Of a stretch of DNA of 64,000 nucleotides, positions 59,329-64,000 are shown piece after piece (the stretch's first letter is position 1; every line of letters starts with the position of its first letter). A program made the translations under genes and the position numbers. The notes under the pieces are model-generated. The model worked only from the letters and a program-made list of their open reading frames with translations. It had not been told where the DNA came from and made no database searches. Origin of the DNA: an uncultured Olsenella sp. (GTDB lineage Bacteria; Actinomycetota; Coriobacteriia; Coriobacteriales; Atopobiaceae); the NCBI GenBank assembly GCA_949287335.1, contig CASEGE010000150.1, forward strand, positions 12,913 through 76,912. Direction: 5' to 3'.

Positions 59329-60327
59329 TTACTTCAGTGTGGCGTACATCACGGCTTTGATGCTGTGGAGGCGGTTCTCGGCCTCTTCGAAGACGCGGCT
59401 GCGCGGTCCCTCGAAGACCTCGTCGGTCACCTCGAGCTCGGCAAGTCCAAACTTCTGATAGACCTCCTCGCCGATGGTGGTCTTGCGGTCGTGGAAGCTC
59501 GGCAGGCAGTGCATGAAGATCGCGTCGGGCGCTGCCTTGGCCATGAGCTCGGTGTTCACCTGATACGGCGAGAGCAGGCGGATGCGCTCACCCCAGAGGT
59601 CGGCCGACTCGCCCATGGAGACCCAGATGTCCGTGTAGATGACGCTCGCGCCGCGCGCGCCCTCCTCAACGTCAGCCGTCAGCGTAATCGTGGCGCCCGT
59701 CTCAGCGGCAATGGCGCGGCACGTCTCGACGAGCTCGGCGGAGGGCATCTGCTCGGCCGGCCCGCACGCGCAGAAGTCAATGCCCAGCTTGGCGCACACC
59801 ACCATGAGTGAGTTGCCCACGTTGTTGCCCGCGTCGCCCATGAAGGTCACCTTGCGCCCGGCCATGCCGCCGCGCCCAAACTCCTCCTCCATCGTGAGGA
59901 CGTCCGCGATCATCTGCGTGGGGTGAAACTCCGTGGTGAGACCGTTCCACACCGGAACGCCCGCGTACTCGGCGAGCTCCTCCACGCGCTCCTGACCAAA
60001 CCCGCGGTACTCGATGCCGTCGAACATGCGCCCCAGCACGCGAGCGGTGTCCGCAATGGACTCCTTCTTGCCGATCTGGCTCGCGGAGGGGTCCAGATAG
60101 ACCGCGTGCATGCCCAGGTCGGCGGCTCCCACCTCGAAGGCGCAGCGCGTGCGCGTGGACGTCTTCTCAAAGATGAGGGCGACGTTTCTGCCCTCGAGGT
60201 AGCGGTGCGGCTCGTGCGCGCGCTTCTTCTCCTTGAGCTCGGCGGAGAGGTCCAGGAGGTAGCGAATCTCCTCGGGCGTGAAGTCGAGGAGCTTGAGGAA
60301 GTTGCGTCCAGAGAGGCTCACGGCCAT
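59329..60327 (-). CDS. argF: Ornithine carbamoyltransferase
   Basis: Motifs [39 protein letters not shown] and AENRLH. Confidence 0.95.
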   Translation of the reverse strand: MAVSLSGRNFLKLLDFTPEEIRYLLDLSAELKEKKRAHEPHRYLEGRNVALIFEKTSTRTRCAFEVGAADLGMHAVYLDPSASQIGKKESIADTARVLGRMFDGIEYRGFGQERVEELAEYAGVPVWNGLTTEFHPTQMIADVLTMEEEFGRGGMAGRKVTFMGDAGNNVGNSLMVVCAKLGIDFCACGPAEQMPSAELVETCRAIAAETGATITLTADVEEGARGASVIYTDIWVSMGESADLWGERIRLLSPYQVNTELMAKAAPDAIFMHCLPSFHDRKTTIGEEVYQKFGLAELEVTDEVFEGPRSRVFEEAENRLHSIKAVMYATLK

Positions 60328-60539
60328 GTTCTTCTCCCTTCGGGTGTGCTGTAGCGCAGATTGTACCGCATGTCCCGCGTGCGCCCCGAAACCCGAAACG
60401 AACCCGACCACAGGCGGAAAGTTTCCTTTCACAACCATGACATTCGAAAGGCCGCGCCCGTGCCATAGGGGCTGCTATCATCTTAAGTTGGCAGAAAATG
60501 ACGCCACACGGCGCCTTGAGACGAGAGGTGTGACACCCA

Positions 60540-63044
60540 ATGAGCAAAGAGAGCGCGGAGAAGAAGGACAAGGACGTCAAGCCCGAAAAGCCTGAGAAGG
60601 ACGAGAAGGACGCCAAGCCCGAGAAGGCCGACAAGCCCAAGGCGGAAAAGGGTTCCAACTCCGAGAAGAAGCCCGAGCGGGACTTCTCCTACACCCAGAA
60701 CCGCGAGATCAGCTGGCTGCGCTTTGACGACCGCATCCTCGACGAGGCCTACGACGAGACCGTCCCGGTCTTCGAGCGCCTCAAGTTCTGCGAAATCGTG
60801 GAGTCCAACCTCGACGAGTGGTTCATGATTCGCGTGGGCGGCCTCTCCGACCTCGCCTCCCTCAAGAACCAGCCCAAGGACAACAAGTCCAACCTCACGC
60901 CCGGCGAGCAGCTCGACGCCATCTTCGAGGCGCTGCCCGCCCTCGTCGAGCGTCACGAGAAGGGCCTCGCGCAGGTTGAGGCCGCGCTTGCCGAGAAGGG
61001 CCTCGTGCGCGTCTCCCCCGCCGACTACACCGAGGGCGACCGCGCCGCCGTCCAGCGCCACTTCGAGCGCCGGCTCGCCCCGATCATCTCCCCGCTCATC
61101 GTGGACCCGCGCCACCCCTTCCCCAACCTGAGGAACGGCCGCCTCTTCGTGGCCTGCTCCCTTGACGGCAACGAGGAGACCGGTCTTCTCGGCATCATCG
61201 AGGTGCCGCGCACGGAGCAGCGCGTGGTGGCGCTCCCCTCCTCCTCGAAGGCATATCGCTACACCCTGCTCGAGGACGTGCTCGAGACCTGCCTCGACCA
61301 GTGCTTTGGCGAGTACGTGCCCAAGCGCTCCGCGGTCCTGCGCGTCACGCGCAACGCCGACATCGACCCTGACGGCGAGGGCGTGGAGGAAGAGGAGGAC
61401 TACCGTCAGCACATGAAGAAGGTCCTCAAGCTCCGCCAGCGCCTCCAGCCGGTGCGCCTTGAGATTCGCGGAAAGCTCGGCAAGAAGCTCGAGGACCTCA
61501 TCGCGGATGAGCTCTCGCTCGAGAACCGTCGCATCTTCCGCCTGAGCCGGCCCATCGGTCTTGGCTACGTCTACGGCCTGGAGTCCCTCATCCCCGATCA
61601 CGAGCACGCCGCGTGCGTCTATCGCCGCTTTGAGCCGCAGGTCTCCCCCATGGTTGACCTCACGCTTCCCATGCGCGGCCAGGTGGAGGATCACGACGTC
61701 CTGCTCACCTATCCCTATGAGTCCATGACGCCGCTTCTGCGCCTCGTGCGCGAGGCCTCGGCCGACGACGCCTGCATCTCCATCAAGATCACCCTCTACC
61801 GCGTTGCCAAGAGCTCGCACCTCTGCGAGAGCCTCATCAGCGCCGCCGAGGCCGGCAAGGACGTCACCGTCCTCATGGAGCTGCGCGCCCGCTTTGACGA
61901 GGCCAACAACATCGCGTGGGCAGAGCGCCTCGAGGATGCCGGTTGCACCGTGATCTACGGCTCGGAGGGCTTCAAGTGCCACTCCAAGATCTGCCAGATC
62001 ACCTATCACGACCACGACGGCATCAGCCGCATCACCTGCCTCGGAACGGGCAACTTCAACGAGAAGACCGCGACGCTCTACTCCGACTTCATGTTGCTCA
62101 CCGCCGACGAGGGCATCGGCGCGGACGGCAACACGTTCTTCCGCAACCTCTCGCTCGGAAACCTCCGCGGCTCCTACAAGCACCTCGGCGTGGCGCCCGT
62201 TGGCCTCAAGCCCCTCGTGATGCGCGGGCTTGACCGCGAGATCTCGCGCGCCCGCGCGGGCGAGCCGGCCAAGGTCTTCCTCAAGATGAACTCCCTCACC
62301 GACCGCGACGTCATCGACAAGATCTCCGAGGCCTGCGAGGCGGGCGTCAACGTGATCATGATCGTGCGCGGCATCTGCTGCATCAAGGCGGGGGTGCCCG
62401 GCAAGACGGACGGCCTCGTCATCCGCCAGATTGCGGGCCGCTTCCTCGAGCACGCGCGCATCTACGCCTTTGGCGAGGACATGGACACCATCTACCTCTC
62501 GAGCGCGGACATGATGACGAGAAACACCGAGAGGCGCGTGGAGATTGCCTACCCCGTGCGCGACCCCGCCTGCACCGAGATCGTCCGCCACTTCATCAGG
62601 CTCCAGCTCTCCGACAACGTGAAGGCGCGCCAGCTCACCGCCGACGGCACCTGGGAGCGCATTGAGTCCGAGCCCGACGCGCCGCGCATCATCTGCCAGG
62701 AGGTGCTGCTGAAGGAGGCATACGAGAAGGCCAAGGAGGCCCTCGACGCCCGCGCCGCCGCGCGCAAGGCGGAGCGCATCGAGCCCGAGGCGGACGCCGC
62801 GCCAGCGCTTGCCACGGTCAGGGAGGCCGAGGGCGAGAAGGACGGCTACGTCGAGGTTGCGCCCGCAGCCCCGGAGGAGCAGGCCGCGCCCGCACCGGAG
62901 CCCGAGGCGGCTCCCGCACCCAAGGCCACTCCCGCGCCTGCCCCCAGGCCCGTTCCCGCCGCCCCCAAGCGCGGTCGCGTCTCTCGCGCCCTCTCGCTCT
63001 TTGGGCAGGCCTTCGGCACGCTCTTTGGCGGGGGTGACGAGTGA
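60540..63044 (+). CDS. ppk1: Polyphosphate kinase 1
   Basis: Motifs NREISWLRF, NLDEWFMIRVGGL, HPFP, IKITLYR, ELRARFDE, KCHSK, GTGNFN, KMNSL and GRFLEHAR. Confidence 0.95.
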   Translation: MSKESAEKKDKDVKPEKPEKDEKDAKPEKADKPKAEKGSNSEKKPERDFSYTQNREISWLRFDDRILDEAYDETVPVFERLKFCEIVESNLDEWFMIRVGGLSDLASLKNQPKDNKSNLTPGEQLDAIFEALPALVERHEKGLAQVEAALAEKGLVRVSPADYTEGDRAAVQRHFERRLAPIISPLIVDPRHPFPNLRNGRLFVACSLDGNEETGLLGIIEVPRTEQRVVALPSSSKAYRYTLLEDVLETCLDQCFGEYVPKRSAVLRVTRNADIDPDGEGVEEEEDYRQHMKKVLKLRQRLQPVRLEIRGKLGKKLEDLIADELSLENRRIFRLSRPIGLGYVYGLESLIPDHEHAACVYRRFEPQVSPMVDLTLPMRGQVEDHDVLLTYPYESMTPLLRLVREASADDACISIKITLYRVAKSSHLCESLISAAEAGKDVTVLMELRARFDEANNIAWAERLEDAGCTVIYGSEGFKCHSKICQITYHDHDGISRITCLGTGNFNEKTATLYSDFMLLTADEGIGADGNTFFRNLSLGNLRGSYKHLGVAPVGLKPLVMRGLDREISRARAGEPAKVFLKMNSLTDRDVIDKISEACEAGVNVIMIVRGICCIKAGVPGKTDGLVIRQIAGRFLEHARIYAFGEDMDTIYLSSADMMTRNTERRVEIAYPVRDPACTEIVRHFIRLQLSDNVKARQLTADGTWERIESEPDAPRIICQEVLLKEAYEKAKEALDARAAARKAERIEPEADAAPALATVREAEGEKDGYVEVAPAAPEEQAAPAPEPEAAPAPKATPAPAPRPVPAAPKRGRVSRALSLFGQAFGTLFGGGDE

Positions 63045-64000
63045 GCGAGGCGCGCGAGGAGCAGCTCCGCATAGAGCGCATGATCTACGGCCCCGACGCC
63101 GTGGCGCACGACGCTGCCGGCAAGACCGTCTTTGTGAGCGGGGCCGTTGCCGGGGACGTTGTCCGTGCCGTCTTTGACCGCGAGGGAGAGCGCTGGTCCC
63201 ACGCGCGCTCGGTCGAGCTCGTCGAGCCCTCCCCCGACCGCGTGAGGCCCGCATGCCCCTTTGCGGGCGCCTGCGGGGGCTGCCCCTGGGCCGCGCTCTC
63301 CTACGAGGCCCAGTGCCGCGCCAAGCGCGCCGGCGTGGTCGACGCGCTCGCCCGGATCGCGCACATGGGTGACGCGCGGGCGGAGGCGCTTGTCGCACCG
63401 CTCGTCTCGCCGGGCGAGCCCTGGGGGTATCGCAACAAGGTCGAGCTCGCCGTGAGCCACGAGCGCGGGCGCGTGACGCTGGGCATGCATGGCATGGGCG
63501 AGGGTGACGTCGTGCGCGTCAAGAGCTGCATGCTGCTCGACAAGGCCCATGCGGGCGCGGTCAAGTCCGTGGCGGGCGCCCTCTCCTACCTTGCGGGCAG
63601 CCATAACCTCGACCTGGAGCGCGTGGGCATCAGGGTCTCGCGCCGCACGCGAGACGTTGAGGTTGCGCTGTGGGACCGCCCTGGAGCCTTCCCGCGCGCC
63701 CAGGTGGCCAAGGTGCTCGAGGACGCCCTGCGCCCCACCTCCGTCGTCCGCGTCATGCAGAAGGGCCCCGCAAAGGCGCGGCGCATTGCCGGCGTCGAGT
63801 GCCTCTCGGGGGCGGGCTCCTGGAGCGAGCTCGTGGGCGAGGAGCGCATGCGCGTCTCGGCCCCCTCGTTCTTCCAGGTGAACACGCGTGGGGCCGAGAA
63901 GCTCGTGGAGCTCGTCATCGACGCGCTGAACCCGCAGCCGCACGAGGAGGCCATGGACCTCTACTGCGGCGCCGGCACCTTCACGCTTCCGCTCGCCCGA
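63041..64000 (+). CDS. rlmD: 23S rRNA (uracil-C5) methyltransferase, RlmD/TrmA family (runs off the window edge)
   Basis: Manual translation from GTG at 63041: TRAM domain (GKTVFVSGAVAGDVV), CPFAGACGGC, WGYRNK, SFFQVN and DLYCGAGTF. Confidence 0.9.
   Translation, partial: MSEAREEQLRIERMIYGPDAVAHDAAGKTVFVSGAVAGDVVRAVFDREGERWSHARSVELVEPSPDRVRPACPFAGACGGCPWAALSYEAQCRAKRAGVVDALARIAHMGDARAEALVAPLVSPGEPWGYRNKVELAVSHERGRVTLGMHGMGEGDVVRVKSCMLLDKAHAGAVKSVAGALSYLAGSHNLDLERVGIRVSRRTRDVEVALWDRPGAFPRAQVAKVLEDALRPTSVVRVMQKGPAKARRIAGVECLSGAGSWSELVGEERMRVSAPSFFQVNTRGAEKLVELVIDALNPQPHEEAMDLYCGAGTFTLPLAR

Noticed and set aside
60385-60407. CCCGAAA short tandem upstream of argF/ppk1
   Set aside because: Only two full copies; no support for an operator or phase-variable tract.

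Overview
GC-rich chromosomal core region. The combination of mreBCD-mrdA-rodA, two-subunit glyQS, an actinobacterial-type S16 tail and a membrane-bound LuxR suggests Coriobacteriia (Olsenella/Atopobiaceae-like); this is an inference. About 55 mostly housekeeping genes: trmFO, dprA-comM-yraN, rnhB, rplS, dgt, ppdK, glyQS, lepB-trmD-rimM-khpA-rpsP, an OmpR-type two-component pair, dinB, rsfS-yqeK-nadD-proAB-obgE, rpmA/rplU, a radical-SAM pair, the Mre/Rod cluster, acnA, a P-type ATPase, tRNA-Arg(CCG), a full shikimate/Phe/Tyr operon, trpS, argF, ppk1 and rlmD. I saw no transposase, integrase, cas or phage genes. The unexplained signals are: (1) three ~300-bp arrays (28 copies in total) of a 22-bp palindrome GACTCATTTCCGGAAATGAGTC, spaced only 30-31 or 39-41 bp apart (about 3 or 4 helical turns); (2) a PTS EIIB domain with an intact phospho-acceptor Cys motif fused to type II dehydroquinase AroQ; (3) a 33-bp REP-like hairpin family whose inverted copies bracket dinB, supply two stop codons and form a doublet inside the aro operon; (4) two further intergenic repeat families with ~41-bp periodicity; (5) a half-length PPDK regulatory protein and a TM-HTH-TM-HTH double LuxR. 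All calls come from motif reading by eye; no database searches were run.
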